34,246 nt of DNA from Longimicrobiales bacterium (GCA_028280205.1 JANQME010000083.1:1-34246), one strand, 5' to 3'; shown: positions 6,882-16,426, counted from the stretch's first letter. Translations and numbers: made by a program. The notes: a model not told the origin generated them from the letters alone.

Positions 6882-9575
6882 CTACTCCGACGCGAGCGCC
6901 TCCACGGGATCGATGCTCGACGCGCGGTGCGCCGGTATCCACAGCCCGAAGCCCGAGACGACGGCCAGCAGGGCGGTCACCGCCCCGAAGGTGACGGGGT
7001 CGTACGGGCTCACGTCGACGAGGACGCCCGACATCGCGCGTCCCGCCACGAGCGCCAGGGCGATCCCGACGACGAGCCCGAGCCCCGCCCTGCGGGCGCC
7101 GTCGCCGACCACCGTGGCGATCACGTCCTCGCGCCTCGCTCCGAACGCGATTCGCACCCCGATCTCGGCGGTGCGCTGGCCGGCCGCGAAGGCGGTCACC
7201 CCGTAGATGCCGACTGCCCCGAGGAGGAGCGAGAGGAAGGCGAAGGTTCCCATCAGGTAGCCGATCACCGCGAAGCCGCCGATCCGGTCGTCGACGAGCG
7301 ACGTCATCGTCTGCACGTTCGCGAGGGGGACGTCCCCGTCGATCGCCCAGACCGCGGCCTGCACGGCGTCGAGGACCTCACCCGGATCGCCGACCGTGCG
7401 CAGCACGAGCGAGCGGCTTCGCGTCGGGCTCTGCAGCATCGGGAGGTACATCGACGGCTCCGGGACTTCGTCGACGGCCCGTTCGCGGACGTCCCGTACG
7501 ACGCCCACGACCGAGGCGGACCACCCCCGCTCCCCGAGGAGCGTCTGCGCGAGCGGGTCGTCGTCCGGTCCCAGGTAGCGCTCGACGAACGCCTCGTTCA
7601 CGATCGCGACGGGTGGCGCGTCGGCCACGTCTCGGTCGGTGAAGGTTCGCCCCTCGACCATGCCGAAGCTCAGCGCCTCGAAGAGTCCGGTCGACGCCAG
7701 CGTGAGCCGTACTGTGCGGGCCTCGTCCTCGGACATGTCCTGTCCCGCGATGCGGACGGAGCGGGCCCAGTTCGATCCCATGAGCGGGTGGCTCTGCGTC
7801 GTCCCGGCGTCCGTTACCCCGGGCACGCCCCGCACCTGGTGCGTCACCGCTTCCCAGTACGCGCTCACCTCGGCGGCCGTGCGATACTGCGCCTCCGGGG
7901 GTGAGATACGGGCCGTGACCACGTTCTCCGGAAGGAAGCCGAGATCCTGACTGCGCATCCCTGAGACGCTCCTCATCAGCAGCGTCCCGCTGACGAGGAG
8001 AAGGACGGCCATCGCCGTCTGCAGCGTCACCAGCGTGCTCCCGAAGCGCCGCGCTCCGCGTGAGGGACCGGTACGCCGGCCGGCCCGCAACACGTCGCTC
8101 CGGGGCGAGGTGGCACCGAGCGCGGGGACGAGCCCGAAGAGGATGGCGGCTCCCGCGGTAACGCTCACGGTGAACAGCAGGACCGTGTGATCCATGCGGA
8201 AGTCGAAGACCGGCGGCAGGCTGGCGGGCAGCGCGGCGACCGTGGCACGTGCCCCCCAGACGGCGGCAACAGAGCCGACCACGCCCCCGAGCACGGCGAG
8301 CACGACGCTCTCGGTGAGGAGCTGCCGCACGATCCGACGTCGCCCGGCGCCGAGCGCGACACGAACCGCGATCTCGCGGCTCCGCCCGCCCGCCCGCGCC
8401 AGGAGAAGGTTGGCCACGTTGACGCACGCCATGAGCAGGATGAAGCCGACGGCACCCATCAGGACGACCGACGCGGCCGAAGCGAGATCCCCGACGACGT
8501 CGTGACGCAGCGTCGTCACCTCCACCGTCCATCCTTCGTTCTCGGGGTGCTCGGCGGCGAGTCCCCCGGCGATCGCTTCGAGCTCGGCGCGTGCCGTCTC
8601 GAGGGACGCGCCCTCCCGCATCCGTGCGATCGCGTTCGCCATGTGCCGGTCGCGGGCGAGCGAGGCGAAGTCGAGCCCCCAGGGCCGGTAGAGGTCGGTG
8701 GGACCGTCGTGGAACAGGAACACCGCGGGCAGGATGCCGATCACCGTCACGGGCTCTCCGTCCAGCGTGAGCGTCGAGCCGAGGACCGACCGGTCGCGTC
8801 CGAATCGGCGTTCCCAGAAGCCGTCCGTGAGGATCGCCACCCGGTCCCGTCCCTCCCCCAGCTCGTCGGGTCGGAAGTCGCGGCCGAGCGAGGGCTGGTG
8901 TCCGAGCACCGACAGGAAGTTCGGCGTGACCCGGATCGAAGAAATCATCTCCGGGACGTCGCCGCCGGTCAGGTTGTGGGCATCTTCGTTGAAGAGGGTG
9001 AGATCCTCGAGCGTCGAAGCGCGCCCGCGCCAGTCCCAGGCGTTTGCCGGATTCACGTCGAAGCCCGACCACCCCAGGGAGGGATTCCCGGCGTACAGGG
9101 CGAGCAGCGCGTCCTCGTCTTCGTACGGGAGCGGCTTGAACAGGAAGCCGTTCACGACGGTGAACATCGCCGCGTTCGCTCCAATGCCGATCGCGAGCGT
9201 GAGCGTGGCCGTCAGCGTGAAGACCGGTCGGCGGCGAAGCGCGCGCACGGCGAAGCGGACGTCCGATGTCAGCGATCCCATGATCTCTCCTCCCCTCCCG
9301 TCTTCGTCGAGCGAGTGCTCTCGTCCGCCTCCGATCGTCGCGCGGAGTCTGGAGCCGCCACCGCGCACGACTGCGTCCAACGCGGCCCCGCACCAGCAGC
9401 GCAGTGCACCCCATCGCCCACCGCGTGCCCGGTCCAGGCGGAGCAGCGCGAGGAAGGCGTCCTCCATCTCGTTTCCGTACCGGGTCCGCAGGGGCCGAGG
9501 CCACGCGCGCAGAAGAGCGCGGTACCGTCGACGGTCGCGCGCTTCGCCCGGCGCGTCGGGTCCCGTAGCCATCAC
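6882..9575 (-). CDS. ADOP-like duplicated FtsX/MacB-type permease with N-terminal cytoplasmic prefix (pair A)
   Basis: Two repeats of one TM helix, a large periplasmic domain and three TM helices. FtsX signatures: MACVNVANLLLARAGGRSREIAVRVALGAGRRRIV and IYGVTAFAAGQRTAEIGVRIAFGARREDV. The C-terminus is IPAHRASSIDPVEALASE. A prefix of about 100 aa (RYRALLRAWPRPLRTRYGNEMEDAF) precedes the first TM helix. There is no Walker A. The start is GTG 9575 or ATG 9572, and both overlap the PadR stop TGA 9572-9574. Confidence 0.85.
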   Translation of the reverse strand: MMATGPDAPGEARDRRRYRALLRAWPRPLRTRYGNEMEDAFLALLRLDRARGGRWGALRCWCGAALDAVVRGGGSRLRATIGGGREHSLDEDGRGGEIMGSLTSDVRFAVRALRRRPVFTLTATLTLAIGIGANAAMFTVVNGFLFKPLPYEDEDALLALYAGNPSLGWSGFDVNPANAWDWRGRASTLEDLTLFNEDAHNLTGGDVPEMISSIRVTPNFLSVLGHQPSLGRDFRPDELGEGRDRVAILTDGFWERRFGRDRSVLGSTLTLDGEPVTVIGILPAVFLFHDGPTDLYRPWGLDFASLARDRHMANAIARMREGASLETARAELEAIAGGLAAEHPENEGWTVEVTTLRHDVVGDLASAASVVLMGAVGFILLMACVNVANLLLARAGGRSREIAVRVALGAGRRRIVRQLLTESVVLAVLGGVVGSVAAVWGARATVAALPASLPPVFDFRMDHTVLLFTVSVTAGAAILFGLVPALGATSPRSDVLRAGRRTGPSRGARRFGSTLVTLQTAMAVLLLVSGTLLMRSVSGMRSQDLGFLPENVVTARISPPEAQYRTAAEVSAYWEAVTHQVRGVPGVTDAGTTQSHPLMGSNWARSVRIAGQDMSEDEARTVRLTLASTGLFEALSFGMVEGRTFTDRDVADAPPVAIVNEAFVERYLGPDDDPLAQTLLGERGWSASVVGVVRDVRERAVDEVPEPSMYLPMLQSPTRSRSLVLRTVGDPGEVLDAVQAAVWAIDGDVPLANVQTMTSLVDDRIGGFAVIGYLMGTFAFLSLLLGAVGIYGVTAFAAGQRTAEIGVRIAFGARREDVIATVVGDGARRAGLGLVVGIALALVAGRAMSGVLVDVSPYDPVTFGAVTALLAVVSGFGLWIPAHRASSIDPVEALASE

Positions 9576-9913
9576 ACGCCGCCCGGACCGGCTCCCTTCG
9601 CGTGCGCGAGCTGCAGGATCGCCGCGAGCCGCTCGACCTCGGAGGTCAGCGCGCGGCGACCCTCACCCGTGATTCCGTAGAAGCGGCGCTTCCCGCCTTC
9701 GGTCGGCGCGTCGTCCGGCGTGTCGACCTCGGTGATGAGACCCGCGTCCGCCATCTCGCGGAGCGCACCGTACAGCTTGCCCGGCCAGAGCCGGAGCTCT
9801 CTGTCCGTGCGCTCGAGCACCTCCTCCATGATCGCGGTCCCGTGCAGGTTCGCATCCGCCAGGCTGAGGAGGATGTGGAACCAGTGCGGCTTGAGCGAAG
9901 TGTAGGCGGGCAT
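9572..9913 (-). CDS. PadR-family winged-helix transcriptional regulator (pair A, 113 aa)
   Basis: WFHILLSLADANLHGTAIMEEV...LWPGKLYGALREMADAGLITEV...KRRFYGITGEGRRAL is a PadR wHTH pattern. I start at ATG 9913. The listed 172-aa ORF (to 10090) runs through the AT-rich promoter region and has a non-protein-like N-terminus. Confidence 0.8.
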   Translation of the reverse strand: MPAYTSLKPHWFHILLSLADANLHGTAIMEEVLERTDRELRLWPGKLYGALREMADAGLITEVDTPDDAPTEGGKRRFYGITGEGRRALTSEVERLAAILQLAHAKGAGPGGV

Positions 9914-9943
9914 GGAGGTCCAGGGCACGGTATACGATTCCAT

Positions 9944-9965
9944 ATATATACAATATAGTATACAT
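9944..9965. promoter_or_regulatory. AT-rich imperfect inverted repeat ATATATAC-AATATA-GTATACAT in the divergent PadR-A / BNR intergenic region; candidate PadR operator/promoter
   Basis: 8-nt arms with one mismatch and a core TATAC-N6-GTATA. GTATA(C/T) recurs three times between 9931 and 9966. This is a local AT island in otherwise GC-rich DNA, 31-52 nt upstream of the PadR-A ATG. Confidence 0.45.
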
Positions 9966-10107
9966 AGGGTCTTGGTGTGACAACCGGGCACGCGCGGCAG
10001 GCGGATCTCAGCGCGCCGGGCCGGCCGCGTGTCCCCCGATTGACCCCTTCGCCCGGTCCAGGCATTCTCGGGGTCCCCCGGAACCGTCACACAGCGGAGA
10101 TCAGGCT

Positions 10108-13100
10108 ATGATCACTCGTTCCCCGTTCGAGCTCTTCGCGCGCGTTGCAGGCACGACCGCCGCGGCCGCCCTGGCACTCTCCGTCCAGCCTGCGACGGGC
10201 ATGTCGTCCACCGCGGCTCAGGAGGAGATGTCGCAGGCCGAGCGCACCTTGTCGCACCTCGCCTACCGCAACGTCGGCCCCTCGCGTGGCGGGCGTGTCA
10301 CAGCGGTTGCAGGGCATCGCGCCCACCCGTTCACCTTCTACATGGGGGCGACCGGGGGAGGCGTCTGGAAGACGGAGGACTACGGAAGCACCTGGTACCC
10401 GATCTCCGACGGGTACTTTGAGACCGGCTCCATCGGGTCGATCCGGGTGGCGCCGTCCGACCCCGACGTGGTCTACGTCGGCACGGGCTCGGACGGGATC
10501 CGGTCGAACGTGATCGTCGGACGCGGCCTCTACTACTCGGACGACGCGGGCGAGACGTGGGAGCGTCGCGGACTCGTCGAGATGGGTCAGCTCGGGGCCG
10601 TCGAGGTGCACCCGGAGGATCCGGACGTCGCATACGTGGCGGCGCTCGGCAATCCGTGGGCGAAGACGCCGGATCGAGGGGTCTACCGCACGCGCGACGC
10701 CGGCATGACGTGGGAGCAGGTGCTCTTCACGTCGGATTCGGTCGGCGCGGTCGATCTCGAGATCAACCCGGAGAACCCGAACGAGATCTACGCGGCGATG
10801 TGGATGGGACGTCGCCAGCCCTGGACGATCATCTCCGGCATGGAGGCGTCGGCCGAGGAGGACGGGATCTGGAAGTCGACGGACGGCGGTGAGACGTGGG
10901 CGTACAAGAGCACCGGGCTGCCGACGGGTCTCATCGGGAAGATCGATCTGGCGACGACGCCCGACATGCCGAACCGCGTGTATGCTCTGGTCGAGACCAC
11001 CGATCCCGATGAAGGCCTCTACCGCTCCGACGACTTCGGCGAGTCCTGGGAGCTGGTGAGCAACCAGGGCGGCATCATGAACCGGCCGTTCTACTACACG
11101 AACGTCACGGCCGACCCGACGGACGGGGACCACGTCTACGTCGACAACGAGGGCCGCTACGAGTCGACGGACGGCGGGAGCACCTTCCGTCGCGTGCCGA
11201 CTCCGCACGGCGACAACCACGACACGTGGATCAACCCGGACAACCCGCTCATCATGGTCCAGTCGAACGACGGTGGGGCCAACGTGACCCTCGACGGCGG
11301 CACGACGTGGTCGACGCAGCAGAACCAGCCGACCGCGGAGCTGTACCAGGTCGACGTCGACGACCAGTTCCCGTACTGGCTCTACGCGGGCCAGCAGGAC
11401 AACTCCACGATCCGCGTGCCCAGCAACCCGCCCGGCACGCCGTCGCAGGGCGGCCACCAGGGCAATTGGGAGGCCGTCGGCGGGTGCGAGACCGGTCCGG
11501 CCGTGCCGAAGCCGGGCGATCCGTCGATCGTGTACTCGAACTGCAAGGGGCGCTTCGGGCGCTACAACCAGGAGACCGGTCAGGAGAAGCAGTACTACGT
11601 CGGCTTCCAGAACCTGTACGGCTCCAACCCGGCCGATCTGAACTACCGCTTCCAGCGCGTGGTGCCGATCGAGGTCTCGCCCCACGACCCGAGCACCGTC
11701 TACCACGGCTCGCAGTTCGTGCACAGGACGACGGACGAGGGCGTGACCTGGGAGCGCATCAGCCCCGACCTCACGGCTTTCCGCCCCGAGCGCCAGATGG
11801 TCTCCGGCGGTCCGATCACGCGCGACATCACGGGCGAGGAGCACTACTCGGTGCTCTACTCCATCGAGGAGTCGCCGGTCGAGCCGGGCGTGATCTGGGC
11901 GGGCGCAAACGACGGCCTGGTCCAGGTGACGCGCGACGGCGGGCGGACGTGGACCGACGTGACGCCGCCCGACATGCCGCAGGAGGGTCGGGTCCAGACG
12001 ATCGATCCGTCGCCCCACTCGGGTGGGAAGGCGTACTTCGCCTACTACCGCACGCTCCTCGGCGACCTCACGCCGTTCATCTACAGGACCGAGGACTACG
12101 GGCAGAGCTGGGAGCTGCTGACCCCGGGCGACAACGGAATCCCCTCCCACCACGCTACGCGCGTGATCCGTGAGGATCCAGAGCGCGAGGGGCTGCTCTA
12201 CGCCGGGACCGAGTTCGGGATGTACGTCTCGCTCGACGACGGGCAAAGCTGGGAGAAGTTCCAGTTCAACCTGCCGCGCACCCCGATCACCGACATCAAG
12301 GTGAAGGAGGGCGACCTCGTCCTGTCGACGATGGGCCGCTCCTTCTGGATCATGGACAACCTGTCCCCGCTCCGTCAGATCGACGCGGCGATGGCCGGCG
12401 GGGACGCGTACTTCTTCGAGCCGGAGGACGCCTACCGGCTCCGCGCCGGCTTCGGTGGCTTCGGCCCCGACGACCCGGCCGAGCCTCAGTACTCGCGGTC
12501 GGGCGCCGAGCTCGACTACATGCTGCCGGCCGGTGTGCGCTCGGTCTCCCTGACGATCTCCGACGCCCTCGGGAACGAGGTTCGCTCCTTCGAGAGCTCG
12601 GACGCGGGCACGAGTCGCGAGCGGGCGCAGGGGATGCGCGCTCCCTTCATGCGCGAATCGGGGGCGATGGCGCCGACGACCGACGAAGGGCTCAATCGCT
12701 TCGTGTGGGACCTCACGGTTCCCGGTCCGAACGGCGCGGCACGCGGAGGCCCGATGGTCGTGCCGGGTCTGTACACCGCTCGACTCACCGTCGACGGAGA
12801 GACCCACGAGCGCATGTTCGACGTGCTCATCGACCCACGCGTCGCGGCCGACGGGGTGACCCTCGTGGACCTGCAGGAGCAGTTCGATCTCGGGATCCAG
12901 ATCCGGACGGCGATCGAGGACGCGGACGCGACGATCGAGCGCCTGCGCGGCGCGCAGGAGCGTGTCGCGGAGGGTACCGACGTGGAGCGTGAGCTCAAGG
13001 AGATCGAGCAGGCACTCGTCACCGATCCGGACGACGTGATCTCGAGCTACCCGCAGCCGATGCTGCGCGATCAGATGAACTACCTGTACCGCAACTCGCA

Positions 13101-13218
13101 GTCGGCCGATCAGAAGCCCGCGGCCGACATGTACGAGCGACTCGATATGCTCGTCACCGAGCTGGAGCAGCACAAGGAGCGGCTGCAGCGGCTGATTCGC
13201 ATGGTTACGGACGCGTGA
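10108..13218 (+). CDS. Secreted BNR/Asp-box repeat protein (Vps10/sortilin- or GH74-like double beta-propeller) with C-terminal extension
   Basis: N-terminal signal-like segment AGTTAAAALALSVQPATG. About 11 Asp-boxes (SxDxGxTW type): TEDYGSTW, SDDAGETW, TRDAGMTW, STDGGETW, SDDFGESW, STDGGSTF, TLDGGTTW, TTDEGVTW, TRDGGRTW, TEDYGQSW, SLDDGQSW. GGAG at 10096-10099 precedes ATG 10108. Confidence 0.85.
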   Translation: MITRSPFELFARVAGTTAAAALALSVQPATGMSSTAAQEEMSQAERTLSHLAYRNVGPSRGGRVTAVAGHRAHPFTFYMGATGGGVWKTEDYGSTWYPISDGYFETGSIGSIRVAPSDPDVVYVGTGSDGIRSNVIVGRGLYYSDDAGETWERRGLVEMGQLGAVEVHPEDPDVAYVAALGNPWAKTPDRGVYRTRDAGMTWEQVLFTSDSVGAVDLEINPENPNEIYAAMWMGRRQPWTIISGMEASAEEDGIWKSTDGGETWAYKSTGLPTGLIGKIDLATTPDMPNRVYALVETTDPDEGLYRSDDFGESWELVSNQGGIMNRPFYYTNVTADPTDGDHVYVDNEGRYESTDGGSTFRRVPTPHGDNHDTWINPDNPLIMVQSNDGGANVTLDGGTTWSTQQNQPTAELYQVDVDDQFPYWLYAGQQDNSTIRVPSNPPGTPSQGGHQGNWEAVGGCETGPAVPKPGDPSIVYSNCKGRFGRYNQETGQEKQYYVGFQNLYGSNPADLNYRFQRVVPIEVSPHDPSTVYHGSQFVHRTTDEGVTWERISPDLTAFRPERQMVSGGPITRDITGEEHYSVLYSIEESPVEPGVIWAGANDGLVQVTRDGGRTWTDVTPPDMPQEGRVQTIDPSPHSGGKAYFAYYRTLLGDLTPFIYRTEDYGQSWELLTPGDNGIPSHHATRVIREDPEREGLLYAGTEFGMYVSLDDGQSWEKFQFNLPRTPITDIKVKEGDLVLSTMGRSFWIMDNLSPLRQIDAAMAGGDAYFFEPEDAYRLRAGFGGFGPDDPAEPQYSRSGAELDYMLPAGVRSVSLTISDALGNEVRSFESSDAGTSRERAQGMRAPFMRESGAMAPTTDEGLNRFVWDLTVPGPNGAARGGPMVVPGLYTARLTVDGETHERMFDVLIDPRVAADGVTLVDLQEQFDLGIQIRTAIEDADATIERLRGAQERVAEGTDVERELKEIEQALVTDPDDVISSYPQPMLRDQMNYLYRNSQSADQKPAADMYERLDMLVTELEQHKERLQRLIRMVTDA

Positions 13219-13223
13219 ATGGG

Positions 13224-13294
13224 CGCGCGTGGGGGTGACCCCTCCGCCTAATCGGCACCAGCCGAAGACGGCTCCGGGGTCACCCCCACGCGCG
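13224..13294. terminator. Perfect 19-bp GC-rich inverted repeat with a structured 33-nt loop between convergent genes; candidate bidirectional terminator or REP-like element
   Basis: cgcgcgtgggggtgacccc (13224-13242) is the exact reverse complement of ggggtcacccccacgcgcg (13276-13294). The loop holds a mini-hairpin agccg-aaga-cggct (13260-13273). It lies 6 nt after the BNR stop and 62 nt after the permease-B stop. Confidence 0.5.
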
Positions 13295-13355
13295 GCATCC
13301 TCGCTGAGAGGCAAGGGGTGGGGCCCGGGCCCCTCGTCTCGCCCGCCGCGCCTTC

Positions 13356-16010
13356 CTACTCCCGCAGCGCCTCCGTAGGCGGAATGCGGGTCGCCCGCAG
13401 CGCGGGCAGGAGGCTCGCGACCAGACCGACGCCGACGAGCACGAGCGGCAGGGTGACGAAGGTCAGCGGGTCGGTGGCCTCGACCCCGTACAGGAGGGCT
13501 TCGACGAGCCGGGTCGCGAACCACGCACCGCCCACGCCGAGGACCACCCCGACGAGGACCGGCCGCGTCCCCTCCGACAGGACGAGGCGCGTGATCTCGG
13601 AGCGCTCCGCTCCGAGCGCGACCCGTACACCGATCTCGCGCGTGCGTCCGGCCACGGAGTAGGACACCACGCCGTAGATCCCGACGGCGGCGAGAAGGAG
13701 CGCGATCGTCGCGAAGGTCCCGAGCAGGTTGGTCGTGACGCGTGGGCCGGCGAGCGAATCGGAGACGACGTCGGACATCGTACGCACCCGGTACAGCGGG
13801 AGGTCCGGGTCGAACTCGGCCGTCGTTCGCCGGATCGCCGGGAGGAGCGTCTCTTCCCCCACCTCGCTGCGGATGGCGATCTGGAGCGTGCGCGGGACGT
13901 AGTACGTCGAGATCCCCGACTGCGCATGCGGCGTGTAGACGTACGGGTACGGCTCGTCGTTCAGACGGCCGGTCACCGGATCGGCCACGACGCCGACGAT
14001 CGACATCCAGGCGACCGAGTCCTCGGACATGCGATACCCGAAGCGCTTGCCGAGTGCGCTCTCACCGGGCCAGTACCGCGTCGCCATCGTCTCGCTCACG
14101 ACCGAGACGAGCGCCCCGTCGCGGCGATCCCCGTCCGAGAAGGTCCGGCCCTCGAGGAGGGGGATGCCGAGCGTCTCGAAGTAGTCCGACGCCACCATGC
14201 CGATGCCGGCGTTCCACGCGACGTCTCCCTCGCCCCGGGGCGGCCTGTCGTCGAGCTGGAAGTCCCACTGCGCCATGCCGGTGAAGGGGAGGCTCGTGGC
14301 CGCGCTCGCACGCGCGACGCCGGGCAGCGCGCGCAGACGGTCGAGGAGGCGTTCCCACGTCTCGGGCAGCTCTTCGACCTCCGGGTACTCCGCGGCCGGC
14401 ATGGTCACGGAGAAGACCACGAGGCTCTCGGGATCCATGCGAGGGTCGGTGTCGGTAAGCGCATCGAAGCTGCGCACGACGAGTCCCGCGAGGATCACGA
14501 CGACGAGGCTGAGCGCGACCTCGCCCGTCACCAGGATCCGGCGTAGGGCCGCGCTCCTTCGTCCGCCGACGGCGCGGCTCGCGGAGGTGGCCAGCGTCGG
14601 ACTCGAGCGCCGCCCCGCGAGATAGGCTGGCACGACGCCGAAGAGGAGCGCCGTGAGGATGCACAGCCCGCCCGTGAAGAGGAGCACGGTGGCGTCCAGG
14701 CCGACCGTGTCGAGACGGGGGAGCGCTTCGGCGTCCATTGCCACGAGCGCACGCAGGCCACCGGCTGCGAGGGCGAGACCGACGAGCGCGGCGGCGGCCG
14801 CGAGCACGAGGCTCTCCGTCACGAGCTGCCGGGTGATCCGGGCCCGCCCGGCGCCGAGCGTCCTCCGGACGGCGACCTCTCCGTGGCGGCGTTCACCCCG
14901 GGCCAGGAGGAGGTTGGCCACGTTCGTGCACGCGATCAGCAGCACGAGCGCGACGGCCGCCCCCAGCACCCGAAGGGTCCGCGGCGCATCCGCGACGACC
15001 TCGGTGTGCAGGGGCTGGGCCCACGGGAAGTGCGCCACGTTGTGCTCGTACTCGGCGGCCCAGCGGTCGGCGAAGACTTCGAGCTCCGCATCGAGGTCCG
15101 CCTGGGTCATCCCGGGTGCGATCCGAGCGACCACGCTGTACGCGTGGCTCGCCCGACTGCCCGCGTTCGTCCGATCGAGGCCCAGCGGGAGCCAGGCCAT
15201 CGTCTCACGGGGGAAGGAGAATCCCTCCGGCATGACCCCGACCACCTCGGTCGAGACCCCGTTCATCGTGATCGAACGCCCCACGATCCGCGGGTCCGCC
15301 CCGAAGCGCTCCTGCCAGAGCGCATGCGAGAGGACGACGACGTCCGGTCCGTCGGGGACGTCTTCTTCCGCGGTGAACCAGCGGCCCAGCTCCGGCACCA
15401 CACCGAGGATGGAGGAGACCTCCACGGAGTAGAAGCCGACCCGGACGCGTCGGGCCGCGACGTCCTCGCCGGTCAGCGCGCGGGTTCCCGTCTGGAAGGC
15501 TCCGATCGACTCGACGGTCCTCGATTCGTCACGGATGTCGAGGTACTCCGGCCCGGAGAGGACGAACTTGTCGATGTCGAAGCCGGACGGAGGGAGGTAT
15601 CGGGTCCACACCGCCGAGAGCTGTTCGGGTTCGGGGAAGGGGAGCGGTTGGAGCACGACGCTGTTCACGACGCTGAACACCGCCGTATTGGCGCCGATTG
15701 CGACGCCCAGCGTCAGCACCGTGATCGCCGCGAAGCCCGGCGCCCGTCGGAGCTGCCGAACCGCCCACCGAACGTCGCTCCTCACCTCGTCCCACCACAG
15801 TCGCCGCTCCATTTCCACGTTCCTCCTCGTCCCAAGGTCCCTGCAGTCGGCCTTCAGTCGATCGATGTCGCCGAAGCGCCGCTCGGCTTCGCGTTGTGCG
15901 TCTTCCCTCGACCACCCTTCCGCCACGAGATCGCGCACGCGCATCTCCACGTGGTGGTCGAACTCCTCGTCCACCTCCCGCTCGACCGTCGGCCGAACGA
16001 CCCGTTTCAT
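13356..16010 (-). CDS. ADOP-like duplicated FtsX/MacB-type permease with N-terminal prefix of a second type (pair B)
   Basis: Same two-module architecture: CTNVANLLLARGERRHGEVAVRRTLGAGRARI and IYGVVSYSVAGRTREIGVRVALGAERSEI, with C-terminus LRATRIPPTEALRE. The prefix is EREVDEEFDHHVEMRVRDLVAEGWSREDAQREAERRFGDI. I start at ATG 16010, which overlaps the PadR-B stop as ATGA (16007-16010). The listed 931-aa ORF starts further up, inside the PadR gene. Confidence 0.85.
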   Translation of the reverse strand: MKRVVRPTVEREVDEEFDHHVEMRVRDLVAEGWSREDAQREAERRFGDIDRLKADCRDLGTRRNVEMERRLWWDEVRSDVRWAVRQLRRAPGFAAITVLTLGVAIGANTAVFSVVNSVVLQPLPFPEPEQLSAVWTRYLPPSGFDIDKFVLSGPEYLDIRDESRTVESIGAFQTGTRALTGEDVAARRVRVGFYSVEVSSILGVVPELGRWFTAEEDVPDGPDVVVLSHALWQERFGADPRIVGRSITMNGVSTEVVGVMPEGFSFPRETMAWLPLGLDRTNAGSRASHAYSVVARIAPGMTQADLDAELEVFADRWAAEYEHNVAHFPWAQPLHTEVVADAPRTLRVLGAAVALVLLIACTNVANLLLARGERRHGEVAVRRTLGAGRARITRQLVTESLVLAAAAALVGLALAAGGLRALVAMDAEALPRLDTVGLDATVLLFTGGLCILTALLFGVVPAYLAGRRSSPTLATSASRAVGGRRSAALRRILVTGEVALSLVVVILAGLVVRSFDALTDTDPRMDPESLVVFSVTMPAAEYPEVEELPETWERLLDRLRALPGVARASAATSLPFTGMAQWDFQLDDRPPRGEGDVAWNAGIGMVASDYFETLGIPLLEGRTFSDGDRRDGALVSVVSETMATRYWPGESALGKRFGYRMSEDSVAWMSIVGVVADPVTGRLNDEPYPYVYTPHAQSGISTYYVPRTLQIAIRSEVGEETLLPAIRRTTAEFDPDLPLYRVRTMSDVVSDSLAGPRVTTNLLGTFATIALLLAAVGIYGVVSYSVAGRTREIGVRVALGAERSEITRLVLSEGTRPVLVGVVLGVGGAWFATRLVEALLYGVEATDPLTFVTLPLVLVGVGLVASLLPALRATRIPPTEALRE

Positions 16011-16348
16011 CGTCGTCCGCCCGGCGCCAGGATCGCGTCGACCGCGTGGCGGAACCGGAGCCACTCCGCGGTCTCCGCTTCCAGGGCGGCGCGTCCCCGC
16101 TCGGTCAGGCGGTAGAACTTGGCGCGCCGCTCGAGCTCCGAGCGGCCCCACTCCGAGGCGAGCAGGCCCTTCTTCTCCAGCCGGTACAGCGCCGGGTACA
16201 GCGAGCCCTCCTCGACCAGGATCGCGTCACCCGTCCGCTCCTCGATCCACCGGCCGATCGCGTAGCCGTGTCGCGGTCCGTGCGAGAGCGTCTTCAGGAT
16301 CAGCGTATCGAGCGTGCCGTGCAGCAGCTTCCTGCCCGAGCGGGACAT
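16007..16348 (-). CDS. PadR-family transcriptional regulator (pair B; canonical TIGR03433-like type)
   Basis: GTLDTLILKTLSHGPRHGYAIGRWIEERTGDAILVEEGSLYPALYRLEKKGLLASEWGRSELERRAKFYRLTERG is a textbook PadR wHTH. ATG 16348 is preceded by GGAGG (minus-strand complement of 16353-16357). An alternative ATG at 16363 would add 5 codons. Confidence 0.85.
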   Translation of the reverse strand: MSRSGRKLLHGTLDTLILKTLSHGPRHGYAIGRWIEERTGDAILVEEGSLYPALYRLEKKGLLASEWGRSELERRAKFYRLTERGRAALEAETAEWLRFRHAVDAILAPGGRR

Positions 16349-16370
16349 GGCGCCTCCATACATAGATAGA

Positions 16371-16398
16371 CTAGGTAATAGTTCGTGGTGATACCTAG
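16371..16398. promoter_or_regulatory. Perfect inverted repeat CTAGGTA-N14-TACCTAG upstream of PadR-B; candidate operator
   Basis: ctaggta (16371-16377) and tacctag (16392-16398) are exact reverse complements. The site is an AT-rich island 23-50 nt upstream of the PadR-B start. Confidence 0.5.
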
Positions 16399-16426
16399 GC
16401 AGTCAAGGTATGAGACGCTCCACGTA

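Noticed and set aside
9914-10090. 59-codon N-terminal extension of PadR-A (listed ORF to 10090)
   Set aside because: It reads through the AT-rich palindromic promoter region, giving ...CILYCIYMESYTVPW. PadR homology starts right after ATG 9913.
13219-13355. tRNA or other RNA gene in the 137-nt convergent intergenic region
   Set aside because: The structure is a single 19-bp stem with a 33-nt loop. There is no cloverleaf, T-loop or anticodon-arm geometry. A terminator or REP-like element is more parsimonious.
10087-13524. 1145-aa minus-strand ORF antisense to the BNR gene, the longest ORF in the track after the giant gene
   Set aside because: The translation is Arg/Pro/Gly/His/Val-rich low complexity with no recognisable motif. 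It mirrors the plus-strand gene, which has a signal peptide and about 11 Asp-boxes. This is a typical stop-codon-poor antisense frame in GC-rich DNA.
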